Shown: piece after piece, positions 13,251 through 22,924 of the stretch
Layout: each line of letters opens with the position of its first letter
Position numbering within the stretch: the stretch's first letter is position 1
DNA from: Longimicrobiales bacterium
GTDB taxonomy: Bacteria > Gemmatimonadota > Gemmatimonadetes > Longimicrobiales > Gaopeijiaceae
Direction of reading: 5' to 3'
Length of the DNA: 64,000 bases
Assembly (NCBI GenBank): GCA_965202985.1
Contig: CBDBCF010000001.1
Location: 256,001-320,000, forward strand
Translations under genes and position numbers: made by a program
Notes under the pieces: model-generated
What the model was told of the DNA's origin: nothing
What the model saw: the letters and a program-made list of their open reading frames with translations, nothing else
Database searches by the model: none

Positions 13251-13501
13251 GAAAGGGTGACGGACGACTCCTTCCACACATTTCCACGCCGCCGAACTCG
13301 CCCCGGGCCGGGGCCACCACGGTTGCGGCCTTTGATGTGGGCCGTGTCGAGTTCAAGCCGACCTGCACAAACGCCCTGGCCGAGTTGCCGCGAGGACGCC
13401 CGATGAGCCACGTCGTGATCGACGACCGCCTGATCGAACAAATCTGCGGCCCAACGCCGCCAACTGCTCCCCGGGGAGCACAACCGCGAGGAGAATGAAG
13501 G

Positions 13502-14467
13502 ATGAAGCGTACCCGTGAACTCAGACCCCTCGCAGTCCGCCGCCGCCTCGAACGACAAATCAGACTTGCCAACAATGAAGAGGTTCCGTTGGATCAAACA
13601 TTAGAGGTGGCAGGACCAGTGGCTCTCGCTACCTTGGAGGCGCTTCATGTGACAAGGTATTGGCGGAACAGAACCATTCCCCGCCTGGCAGAAGGCAAGG
13701 GTCGTGTGGCAACTATCATTCAGGGTACAGCGATAGGCTCAAAAGGTTTTATTATGGAAAATCTCCCAACGATGACTCCCCTTGACACACCACTAGCAAC
13801 TGAGCCATTTGGTCCAGGCCTGACGCTCTGCTTGGATAGTCGCTCGCTCATCAGACCAAGGGTTGGCGAACGCACAACCCTAAAACGTTGGCGTAAAACC
13901 AAGGTATGCGACATCTTGTTCGTCTCTGAGGAGATGAATGCATATTCTCTAAAAATGTCAACCGATAATCGCGTGACGCTCACCATACAAAATTTGCAAC
14001 ATGCCATGAAGCTACCCGGATTGGTGACAATTGCAAGAGCCGTCACCTACGAAGACGTTCTAAGAGGGGTGCGCAATGCTCACGCCCACTTCATCCCAAC
14101 TAGAACATCAATCAAAAAAGCAACACCTTCAGAGATAGTCGGCTTCTTGGTCCAACACGGCCCCTGGCCAGTCCGAATCTGGATCAGCAACCTTGCATGG
14201 AGCTTAGGAGTGGCGATCGGCAATGGGATGGATATGCCGCAACTCAAGTTCAACAGTGGACGCCTGACACCCTGTGGAGGTGATGTTGAAAACGAGATAC
14301 CCGCTGGCCTGTATCTTGTTGGTGGTTGTTTAGAAAACATCGCCGTCACCGTCGCGTTGCCAGATGGTCGCGCTTTTGCTGGCCACTTGCCGACTTCCAA
14401 ACTAAGAACTGGCCGCTATTGCATCAACATCAATCAACCCGATGCAAATCCGGGAAGGCTGTCATAA
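13502..14467 (+). CDS. Hypothetical protein with HEPN-like RxxxxH motif
   Basis: 321 aa, lower GC than host; VTYEDVLRGVRNAHAH; GAAGG upstream of the ATG. Confidence 0.6.
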   Translation: MKRTRELRPLAVRRRLERQIRLANNEEVPLDQTLEVAGPVALATLEALHVTRYWRNRTIPRLAEGKGRVATIIQGTAIGSKGFIMENLPTMTPLDTPLATEPFGPGLTLCLDSRSLIRPRVGERTTLKRWRKTKVCDILFVSEEMNAYSLKMSTDNRVTLTIQNLQHAMKLPGLVTIARAVTYEDVLRGVRNAHAHFIPTRTSIKKATPSEIVGFLVQHGPWPVRIWISNLAWSLGVAIGNGMDMPQLKFNSGRLTPCGGDVENEIPAGLYLVGGCLENIAVTVALPDGRAFAGHLPTSKLRTGRYCININQPDANPGRLS

Positions 14468-14549
14468 GTCGGCCCGAGGCGGCACCGTTGCTCAAGCGCA
14501 ACCCGGAGTTGCGAGCGGTGGCGGTGTTCAAGGAGTTGTGGAGGCTACA

Positions 14550-15295
14550 TCTGGAGTGCGAACCTCGGGTGCCGACGCGCAGGCGAAACGCCTGGGACGC
14601 TCTGCTCGGCGCGGCACCCAACGCCCTGCCAGACCCGGACGCGCGCTGCGGCAACTGGCTACGCTTCGCCCGCACATGGGCGGGGTGCTCGCCCCATCCC
14701 CGGAACGCGAGACCGCCGATGCGACCGAGCCGAATCTTGCCGCACTCCGCGACCGCGTCGACGCCGCCTTCGCCGAGTGGCTGGGGCGTCGCTATGCGGG
14801 CTTGGCGAGCCTGCCGCCGCCCCCGCCGGTCATGTTGCACCATGTGCCGCACGTACTTGCGCACCATTTGGACCGGGCGGGGCCTGAGTGCCGCCCCCGC
14901 CGTCTACCAGAAGAATCTGGGCACGGGTTCGTTCGACCTGATCTCTCGTCCGCGAGTGCGGGCTGCCCGGCTGGTCGTGGCCGTGCTCCTCGACATGCTC
15001 CTGGCTCGCCTCCAACCACGGGCAATGTCGAAGCGACAGGTTGTGGCCGTCCAGCCGCCAGAGGAGTCGTCGGCCTTCGAGACAAGTGCGTCCACGTCTG
15101 CCCCAACGCGACGCTACGCCTGCGAGCGGCCGCCGAGTTTGCAGACACCCGTCCGTGGCCACCGTCGGGCCTGCCCCAGGACTACCTGCCCCTGCTGGCC
15201 CCCGAACGTTCCGCGTTCGTTCGCAAGGGGAAGCGCGTGGTCGCCCATGGCGGCGCTGCGTGGAGGAGGTCGTCGTGCCGCTGGTCGGCATCCCC
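14550..15295 (+). pseudogene. pglZ: Decayed copy of the 3' part of pglZ
   Basis: Nucleotide similarity to about 30780..31910 (EPNLAALRDRVDAAFAEWL, PPVMLHHVP, GLPQDYLPLLAP.RSAFVRKGKRVVAHGG) with indels and deletions. Confidence 0.85.
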
Positions 15296-15327
15296 GTAGG
15301 CTTGACTTGGCCCAATAGCTGAACACG

Positions 15328-16878
15328 TTGCGGCAACCTCGAAAGTTCAGCGTCGGCGTGGAGGTGCAGGAGGAGCTGCACCGGCTGGGCGACTTGGACT
15401 TGCTGGTCTTCTACATCCCGGAGGTGTCCCGCTCGCAGAAGCCCGTCTATCTCAACAACGACATCCGTCGCGCGTTCGTGAGGAGCGGAGGCAGCGACGT
15501 TCGGTGCTCCGCCAGCGAGCGCAACCGCTTTCTTGTCGATGCCGCTTCCGAGCGCTACGACAGCCAGTTGGTGGAGATCGACCCGGCCAAGGCGTTCGAC
15601 GAAGAAAGCCTGCGCTGGTACCGAGCCGTCTACGAGGCGAGGCTGGGGAACCGATCCCACAAAGAAGCGTCCGACCTGGACTTCTTGGCCGAGATGGGGC
15701 TGCTCGTGGAACGGGGCGAACGCCGATTGCCGACGCGCGCGGTGGTGCTCCTCTTTGGAACGAACCCGGCGCTCCGGCAGCATCTGCCGCGTCCGGTGGT
15801 GGATTGTCAGCGCTACTCGACAGACCGCGCCGCCGCCTATACGGGCAAACGCTGGTTCGACCGCTTGGTGCTGGAAGACAACTTGGTGCGCACTTGGCGC
15901 ACGTTGATCGAGGAATGGTACGAGAAGTTCGCCGAGCATCCGTTCCGCTTGGACCCGCAGACCATGCAACGGGACGACACGCCGCCCGACTACCTGGCGT
16001 TCCGGGAGTCGATGGTCAACCTGATCGTCCACCAGGACTACGCCGACCCCTCCCGCAAGGCGCTGATCCGCCGCTACGCCGACCAGACCGTGTTCTGGAA
16101 CCCGGGCGACGCCTTCGCTCAGGACGCCGACCTGTTCGAGCCCGGCGAGAAGGAGGTCCGCAACCCCCGAATCGTGTTCGCGTTCCGTCACATCGGGCTT
16201 GGCGAGAACGCCGGTTGGGGCCTGCGCGACGTCTTCCGAAACTGGCAGCAGCTGGGCAACGTCCCGCCCCGCATCGACAACGACAAGCGCCGCAAGAGCT
16301 TCGAGATCGTCCTAGAGAAGGAGAAGCTGATGTCCGGGCCGCGGCAGGCGTTGCGGCAGGCGCTCGGGGCGACCTTGACGGAGCCGCAGGCTCGCGTGTT
16401 CGCCTTCGCGTCGCGGGAGGCCGAGGTCACGCTGTCCCAGATCGGGCTCGTGGCGGGGGTGTCGAGCGAAGAGGCCGTGCGGCTGGCGCGGCACTTGGTC
16501 ACGCAGGTGCTCTTTCGCCGGATAGGACAGGGCCGGTACACGCTGGCCCGGCATGTCCGAGACCGACCGCCCAGCGAAGCGGGGTTGGTCACTGACCAAG
16601 CTGCCGCGCCCAAAGGGGGGTTGGTCACTGCCGGAGTGACCAACTTGACGGAACATCAGAAAACGATTATGATTAACTGTGATGCGCCTCGTACCAGAGC
16701 GGAGCTGATGGAGCGCACCGGCTTGAACCACCGCGCGTTCTTCCGGCGCAAGCACCTGGACCCGCTGGTTCGCGCCGGCCTGATTCGCATGACCCGGCCC
16801 GAAGAACCCACACACCCCGACCAAGCCTACGTGGTGACCGAATCCGGCCTTGCCTTCTTGAGTGAATCGAAGAAGTGA
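15328..16878 (+). CDS. AlbA/Schlafen-like plus HATPase_c_4 ATP-binding protein with C-terminal Fic-type HTH; probably 5'-truncated
   Basis: KPVY...FVRSGGSD (AlbA C-terminal half), FRESMVNLIVHQDY, WNPG, RNPRI, ENAGWG, LDPLV..GLI.MT.PE.PTHP.Q.Y; AlbA N-terminal half replaced by the pglZ remnant. Confidence 0.75.
   Translation: MRQPRKFSVGVEVQEELHRLGDLDLLVFYIPEVSRSQKPVYLNNDIRRAFVRSGGSDVRCSASERNRFLVDAASERYDSQLVEIDPAKAFDEESLRWYRAVYEARLGNRSHKEASDLDFLAEMGLLVERGERRLPTRAVVLLFGTNPALRQHLPRPVVDCQRYSTDRAAAYTGKRWFDRLVLEDNLVRTWRTLIEEWYEKFAEHPFRLDPQTMQRDDTPPDYLAFRESMVNLIVHQDYADPSRKALIRRYADQTVFWNPGDAFAQDADLFEPGEKEVRNPRIVFAFRHIGLGENAGWGLRDVFRNWQQLGNVPPRIDNDKRRKSFEIVLEKEKLMSGPRQALRQALGATLTEPQARVFAFASREAEVTLSQIGLVAGVSSEEAVRLARHLVTQVLFRRIGQGRYTLARHVRDRPPSEAGLVTDQAAAPKGGLVTAGVTNLTEHQKTIMINCDAPRTRAELMERTGLNHRAFFRRKHLDPLVRAGLIRMTRPEEPTHPDQAYVVTESGLAFLSESKK
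16581..16651 (+). repeat. 71-bp direct repeat, copy 2, inside the ATP-binding gene
   Basis: Same two palindromes as 9646..9716. Confidence 0.85.
16645..16673 (+). promoter_or_regulatory. Near-consensus sigma70 promoter TTGACG-N17-TATGAT upstream of pglXI copy 2
   Basis: -35 at 16645-16650 and -10 at 16668-16673, read directly; abuts the 10-bp-arm palindrome. Confidence 0.55.
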
Positions 16879-19661
16879 CCGACTCGCCGAGCAGGCTCTT
16901 CGAGCGGAAGGCGGCCCCGACGACGGCCCAAGTCGAGTGCCTGGGCATGCCCTTCGAGTCCGACAACGCCCGGCGCGAGCACTTCCTGCAGCGACTGCGC
17001 GAGAAGCTCCCCGAGCTGCGCAAGCGTCCTGACTTCCCAAGGGGGGAGGACGAGAACATCCTGCGCATGTCCGACCCGCCGTACTACACGGCCTGCCCGA
17101 ACCCGTTCCTGGCCGAGTTCGTCGAGCACTACGGGACGCCCTACGACCCCGCCGAGGAGTACCACCGCGAGCCGTTCGCCGTGGACGTGAGCGTGGGCAA
17201 GACCGACCCGCTCTACCGGGCGCACGGCTACCACACCAAGGTCCCCCACCTGGCGATCGTCCCGTCGATCCTGCACTACACCGAGCCCGGCGACATCGTG
17301 CTGGACGGCTTCTGCGGCTCGGGGATGACCGGTGTGGCCGCCCAGTGGTGCGGCGCGGCCCCGGAGGAGTACCGCCGCAAGCTCGAGAAGGAATGGAAGG
17401 ACCAAGGCCGGGAGCCGCCCAAGTGGGGCGCGCGGCGGGCCGTCTTGGGCGATCTGTCCCCCGCGGCCACCTTCATCACCGCCAACTACAACATCCCCTT
17501 CGACGTGGACGAGTTCGCCGAGGCGGCCAAACAGCTGCTGGAAGACGTCGAGAAGGAAGTCGGCTGGATGTACGAGACGCTTCACACCGACGGAAAGACC
17601 AATGGCCGGATCAACTACACGGTGTGGAGCGAGGTGTTCTCGTGTCCGGACTGCGGCGGGGAGGTGGTGTTCGGGCGGGAGGCCGTGGACGCCCGGACCA
17701 AGAAGGTGAAAAAGCAATTTCCGTGCCCGGAGTGCGGAGCGGTGCTGACGAAGATACGGCTCGTGCGAAGCTCTTCCGCCCGGTGGGATCGAGCCCTTGA
17801 ACGGAGCGTCGACGAACCCAAGCGAGTGCCGGTCCTGATCAACTATCAGATCGGCAACGACAGGCACGAAAAGGAGCCGGACAGTGCCGATCTTCAACTT
17901 CTCGAGCGAATCGCAGCTATGGAGCCCCTCCAAGGCGTGCCCTTGGACCACATGATGCACGTCTCCGACGGCGTGACGAAGTGGGGCGACAAGTGGCGGG
18001 CCGGGTCGGCCTCGTTTCAGCACGTGCACCACCTGTTCCTGCCTCGGGCCGCGCGAACTCTGGCTTGCCTGTGGGGCTTGGTTCGCCAGCAGGACGACCT
18101 GCGGTTACGCAACATGCTCATGTTCTTGGCCGAGCAGGCGATCCTCGGCATGTCCATCTTGAATCGGTACGGTCCAACCCACTACTCCCAGGTGAACCGT
18201 GCGATGTCCGGGGTGTACTACGTCAGCTCCCAGATCTCGGAATGCTCCCTCCGCTACAACCTAACGGGACGCACCGGCCGATTGCCCAAGGCGTTCACGC
18301 CCATGCCTTCGCGTCGTGGCCATGCTGTCGTGTCGGCCGTGGACTGCGGACGCATCCCAGTTCCAAGGGACTCCGTCGACTACATCTTCACCGACCCGCC
18401 CTTCGGCGACAGCTTGGCCTACGGCGAACTCAACTTCGTCGTCGAGGCGTTCCACGGCGTTTTCACGAACCAAGCCCCGGAAGCGATCGTCAGCCCGACG
18501 CAGCGCAAGCAGCTGGACGAATACCAAGTGCTCATGCGGCGCTGCTTCGGCGAATACGCCAGGGTCCTCAAGCCGGGGCGGTGGATGACCGTCGTGTTCC
18601 ACAACTCCCAGAACTCGGTTTGGAACGCCATTCAGGAGGGCCTGTCCGCCGCCGGCTTGGTCGTGGCCGACGTGCGCACGCTGGACAAGAAGGTCGGCTC
18701 CTACAACCAAGCCGTTGCCAGCGGCGCCGTGAAGCAGGACCTGGTCATATCGTGCTACAAGCCGTCCCGCGACCTGGAGGCGCGCTTCAAGCTGACGGCC
18801 GGAAGCGAGGACGGCGTCTGGGAGTTCGTCCACAATCACCTCAGAAACCTGCCGGTGTTCGTGGCCAAAGGGGACGTGGCGGAGATCGTCGCCGAGCGCC
18901 TCGACTACCTCCTCTTCGACCGAATGGTGGCGTTCCATGTCCAGCGAGGCGTGATCATCCCCCTCTCGGCCGCCGAGTTCTACGAAGGCCTGAAGCAGCG
19001 GTTCGCGGCCCGCAACGGCATGTACTTCCTCCCCGAGCAAGCCGTCGAGCACGACCGCAAGCGGCTCACGGTCCGGCGCATCGAGCAGCTGGCCCTCCTC
19101 GTGACCGACGAGAAGTCCGCCATCGAGTGGCTGCGCCTCCAACTGAAGGCCCGTCCCCGGAGCTTCCAGGCGATCCACCCCGATTTCGTCCGCGAGCTCG
19201 GCGGCTGGCAGAGGCACGAGCAGCTTCTGGAGCTGTCCACCCTCCTGGAGCAGAACTTCCTCTGCTACGACGGCGAGGGCGAGGTCCCCTGCCAGATTCA
19301 CGGCTACCTGTCCAGCAACTACAAGGACACCCGGAACCTGCCCAAGGACGACTCCACCCTGCGGAAGCGCGCCCGCGACCGCTGGTACGTGCCGGACGTC
19401 AACAAGGCCACCGACCTGGAGCGCCTCCGGGAGCGCACGCTCCTCCGGGAGTTCCAGACCTACCGGGAACCGTCGCGACGGCGCCTGACGAAGTTCCGTC
19501 TGGAGGCCGTCCGCGCCGGCTTCCGTCGCGCCTGGGGGAAGGGCGACTACGACACGATCCTCGATATCGCCCGGAAGGTCCCCGACAAGGTGCTGCGGGA
19601 GGACCTCCAGCTGCTGATGTGGTACGACCAGGCGAAGAGGCGGAAAGAGGCGGAAGGGTGA
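16875..19661 (+). CDS. pglXI: BREX-3 DNA methyltransferase PglXI, copy 2 (intact)
   Basis: 928 aa; DGFCGSGMTG, Zn-ribbon CPDC/CPEC, TDPPF, WYVPD.NKA.DLE.LRE; GTGA overlap with the upstream gene. Confidence 0.92.
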   Translation: MTDSPSRLFERKAAPTTAQVECLGMPFESDNARREHFLQRLREKLPELRKRPDFPRGEDENILRMSDPPYYTACPNPFLAEFVEHYGTPYDPAEEYHREPFAVDVSVGKTDPLYRAHGYHTKVPHLAIVPSILHYTEPGDIVLDGFCGSGMTGVAAQWCGAAPEEYRRKLEKEWKDQGREPPKWGARRAVLGDLSPAATFITANYNIPFDVDEFAEAAKQLLEDVEKEVGWMYETLHTDGKTNGRINYTVWSEVFSCPDCGGEVVFGREAVDARTKKVKKQFPCPECGAVLTKIRLVRSSSARWDRALERSVDEPKRVPVLINYQIGNDRHEKEPDSADLQLLERIAAMEPLQGVPLDHMMHVSDGVTKWGDKWRAGSASFQHVHHLFLPRAARTLACLWGLVRQQDDLRLRNMLMFLAEQAILGMSILNRYGPTHYSQVNRAMSGVYYVSSQISECSLRYNLTGRTGRLPKAFTPMPSRRGHAVVSAVDCGRIPVPRDSVDYIFTDPPFGDSLAYGELNFVVEAFHGVFTNQAPEAIVSPTQRKQLDEYQVLMRRCFGEYARVLKPGRWMTVVFHNSQNSVWNAIQEGLSAAGLVVADVRTLDKKVGSYNQAVASGAVKQDLVISCYKPSRDLEARFKLTAGSEDGVWEFVHNHLRNLPVFVAKGDVAEIVAERLDYLLFDRMVAFHVQRGVIIPLSAAEFYEGLKQRFAARNGMYFLPEQAVEHDRKRLTVRRIEQLALLVTDEKSAIEWLRLQLKARPRSFQAIHPDFVRELGGWQRHEQLLELSTLLEQNFLCYDGEGEVPCQIHGYLSSNYKDTRNLPKDDSTLRKRARDRWYVPDVNKATDLERLRERTLLREFQTYREPSRRRLTKFRLEAVRAGFRRAWGKGDYDTILDIARKVPDKVLREDLQLLMWYDQAKRRKEAEG

Positions 19662-20042
19662 GCGAGGGGGTCGGAGGCGAAGCTGACCAGTCGGGGAGTG
19701 ACGGGCACGATTGTGGACGACGCCGAAGAGTCGGCGACCGTTTTCCATCCCAGATGCTCTGCCCTCCTTTGGCTACGAAGCCCGCCGGTACCATGACAGG
19801 TCGGACCTGCGAAACCATGGCACGGTTCAGCGGGACCTTTCGCGCCGTCGTCAGGAATGCAACGGAGGAACGGACTCCGTCCGCCCTGCTACACTGGGGA
19901 GGCCTGGGCGGGTGTCATGCCCTTGGCCGTGTCACGGTCACGTACGTGCACTCTGCTGCTTCCAATCCAAGGACAAGAGGAGGCTCCATGTCATTCACCT
20001 TCCCGCCGCTGGCGAGACCTTGGTCCGCACCTACCCCTACAG

Positions 20043-20483
20043 ATGCATATTGTGAGTAACGCATCGGACGACCTCTTGAAGTCCATTTCCGCGATGGCGT
20101 CCTCACTATCGGGACGATTCTGGGCAGCTCGCGACTGGCCTAAATTACAAGAGCTTTGTTTTCGTCTCTTCGACATCTCTGTCGACGCGTTGTTGACTGA
20201 AGCCATGCAGTTGTACGATGCATCTGCAAAGACTGCTGTGTGCGAGCACTTGGTTCAACGGGTGGTAGATGAAGTGATAGAAGCCAACTATTCTCTACAT
20301 AATTTGAGAATCAGGCTGATGGCCGCTCCAAAGGGATGGAAGATGACTTCAGATTACTACCGGCAGACCTTTGACGTATTCAACGTAGCTTCTGATTCTG
20401 TGTCTCGTCTGGTGAAGACGATGACAGTGATGAGAGTTGTTTGCAATTCCCAAAGTATGGCTGTAGAACGACAATCAGGATGA
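20043..20483 (+). CDS. Hypothetical helical protein
   Basis: Low-GC open frame (ORF 19857..20483); start uncertain. Confidence 0.45.
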   Translation: MHIVSNASDDLLKSISAMASSLSGRFWAARDWPKLQELCFRLFDISVDALLTEAMQLYDASAKTAVCEHLVQRVVDEVIEANYSLHNLRIRLMAAPKGWKMTSDYYRQTFDVFNVASDSVSRLVKTMTVMRVVCNSQSMAVERQSG

Positions 20484-20699
20484 GACCCTGGCAACAATCA
20501 AGATGAGATGCTCGGGATCGTGTGACGGGAACGATGGGAGCGGACGGGGAGCGGATCAAGGCGAGGGCCCTGGGCGGTTGCGGAGCGAGGCCGGGGAGGG
20601 GCGCTCAGTCGGCTGTGGAGGTGCGTTCAGCGGCGGACCTCGTCGTCGGGGGTCGGCGCGGGCGTGCTGTACGGGGCAACCGGGCGGCTACTTTTGGTC

Positions 20700-20862
20700 G
20701 GCGGCGGCCACGATGTCGGCGCGTTGGAAGGCAGTAATTCTCGCCTTCGAGGTTGGCGACATGGGCGTGGTGGGCGAGTCGGTCGACGGCCGCGGCGAGG
20801 ACTCGGACCAGGTGTTCGGACAGTCCGAGCAGGCGGCCGAAGTCGAAGTTGTCGATCCAGTC
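20700..20862 (-). mobile_element. istB: IS21-family istB remnant
   Basis: Minus strand encodes WIDNFDFG and AVDRLAHHAHVANLEGENY, matching IstB motifs xxDFDF and DRLxHHAxxxxxxGESYR; internal deletion. Confidence 0.65.
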
Positions 20863-20902
20863 GCGTGCGTTGGACGAATACCGTCACCGCCCGCAACGTC
20901 TG

Positions 20903-22924
20903 CTATTCCTTGTCTACATCCCTACTGACGCCATCCAGAATCCGCTCCCACGAGCCAAATTCCCGAACAAAGTACGGCCGCTTAGCGTCTGGATCCACCA
21001 GTACCCCAAACCAGCATGTCGCATTGTGTTCAGACATTCGTCTTCGGACTGCTTCGATCAGCATCAGATGTGTCGCCGCCCCATTGTACCCACTGCACAC
21101 CGTAAGACCCACTCCTAGCACCTCGGCCACGTAACTACCGCGTTGTGGCTGCAGACTCACCACCGCCCTGCGGGCCATGGCGTCTATCTTTTGGTTAACA
21201 TGATCGCATGCGTCCGGCGGAAGTGCGAGCAAGAACATCCCAAGGTCGATTCCCGCCTTACTAGGATTGATCTCCAAGTCCGCGATTATGCCGCCCAATA
21301 CGGAGTTGACGAACGGAGTTAACGCTCCCCTCGGCACTCTATCACCAGGAAGCCCCAATCTTCGCACGTACATGGCTGCGTCCACAGTCGCCGAGAAATT
21401 CTGCTCAATATAAATAATAGAGAGATTATCGTCGACCCAAAGATTGTGCGACAGATGATAGCCCAGGGTAGTCAATTCGTGATCGGATAAGATCTTGGAC
21501 CGGAAAATCAGCCTGCGGTCAATATAGCTCAAGAAACGTAGTGGAGAATCCAACAATTCCGTGACAGAATCCAGGCAAAACACGTCACACACAAAGGGGG
21601 GCTTGAGGATATCATCTGTATACATTTTCTCCAAGAGATAATCGGTTTGATGGCCGAGAGCCGGATAATCCTCCGACGTAATGCAGAACAAATATATCTT
21701 CGGATCGGCAAGTGGTATTCGTATCTTGCTTGCAAGTCGATCCTCATACAAGTAATCATCGTCTATGATCATACGGGCGGTCTGCAGACATTGATTGTAG
21801 GCAGCTTGAATACCCTTCTTGAAATCAGAAATAATCGCCGCGGCATCTCCCTTTCTTGCATCGTAGGTTAGTCGTTTCGATTTTACTTGACCAATTATGA
21901 CTCGATTGCCAAAAACTACCAGTACGTCGACTTCTCCGTGGGTGTAGCCAGCACTATCCTTCAGTTGAACATTCCGGAATACATGTTGCTCACCGAAGAC
22001 ATGTTTTAGTCGGCGATATACAATCTGTTCGGCGACTTCTCCTCTGTGTCGCGAAGCAGTTTGCTCGTAGGGTGTGTTGATCATCCAATAGTATGGACTG
22101 ACGTAGAGAGATTCCATCAAGTTGATGTAATCGAACAGAACAAAGGACTTGCCGTCTTGACGAATGATGGGGCGGGCCTTCGCCATGTTGAAGTCACCAG
22201 GCGATCTGTAGTCGGTGTTACGTTCATCTGTCGTACTGCAAAACGACTGTAGTATAGCGAGAATCGCACTGTCGTCAATATCGACTGCAGCTACGAGGTC
22301 GTCAAACGAGAACGTTAGTGCCTGACAGAAAACAGAAGGAGTACTGGCGGCCGCATCGGCCTGGGACAATGCGGAGACGATGTTCGTTACCGCTTCATCC
22401 TGATGACAGCAAATAGCTTGCGCAACGATAATAGCATCCTCAATGGAAAATCCCTTGTGTGTTCTGAGCCATTGTTCATCCTCTCGGTATCGCTCAGCCG
22501 CAAAATCACTATATTGGAATGGTTGAGCCGACTCTGCACTGTAGAAGATCGGTTCGCGCATACGCTGGCCAATAGGCTGTTGATGCAGAATAGAAGGCGA
22601 AAGCGACTTGTGAAGCATCTGTAACAGCTCGTGAGTACGAGCAATGTAGTGTGCCATCGCCTCCATAGTCGGTTCCGTATAGTCAATGGGGTGCTTCAGT
22701 AGCAGCCCTGCCAACATGGTCTGCTCCCAGCGATTTAGTCGATCTGGCCTGTGATAAGTCATCCATTGCTTTGCCGACACACCGGAGGTCACGTTCACGT
22801 AATTATTCGTAACAGCAATACTGCACAATGCATAGATGTATCCAGGAGATCCACAGAGGTTAGTGAGAGCTTCGAAAATACTCTCTGTAGACTGTGATTC
22901 AGAATGGGAACACGTGGCGCTCAT
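20903..22924 (-). CDS. Large protein with NERD/PD-(D/E)xK nuclease-like domain
   Basis: 673 aa, low GC; RGEVAEQIV...GEVDVLVVFGNRVIIGQVKSKRL; REPIFYSAESA, SPYYWM. Confidence 0.75.
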   Translation of the reverse strand: MSATCSHSESQSTESIFEALTNLCGSPGYIYALCSIAVTNNYVNVTSGVSAKQWMTYHRPDRLNRWEQTMLAGLLLKHPIDYTEPTMEAMAHYIARTHELLQMLHKSLSPSILHQQPIGQRMREPIFYSAESAQPFQYSDFAAERYREDEQWLRTHKGFSIEDAIIVAQAICCHQDEAVTNIVSALSQADAAASTPSVFCQALTFSFDDLVAAVDIDDSAILAILQSFCSTTDERNTDYRSPGDFNMAKARPIIRQDGKSFVLFDYINLMESLYVSPYYWMINTPYEQTASRHRGEVAEQIVYRRLKHVFGEQHVFRNVQLKDSAGYTHGEVDVLVVFGNRVIIGQVKSKRLTYDARKGDAAAIISDFKKGIQAAYNQCLQTARMIIDDDYLYEDRLASKIRIPLADPKIYLFCITSEDYPALGHQTDYLLEKMYTDDILKPPFVCDVFCLDSVTELLDSPLRFLSYIDRRLIFRSKILSDHELTTLGYHLSHNLWVDDNLSIIYIEQNFSATVDAAMYVRRLGLPGDRVPRGALTPFVNSVLGGIIADLEINPSKAGIDLGMFLLALPPDACDHVNQKIDAMARRAVVSLQPQRGSYVAEVLGVGLTVCSGYNGAATHLMLIEAVRRRMSEHNATCWFGVLVDPDAKRPYFVREFGSWERILDGVSRDVDKE

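Noticed and set aside
13250..13500. Short ORF MSHVVIDDRLIEQIC... and other fragments (also 32770-32910)
   Set aside because: Too short and degenerate to assign; probably gene debris
9768..19661. Diversity-generating retroelement or invertase shufflon behind the pglXI variation
   Set aside because: No reverse transcriptase or site-specific recombinase in the window; the copies are direct repeats and the differences are not adenine-specific
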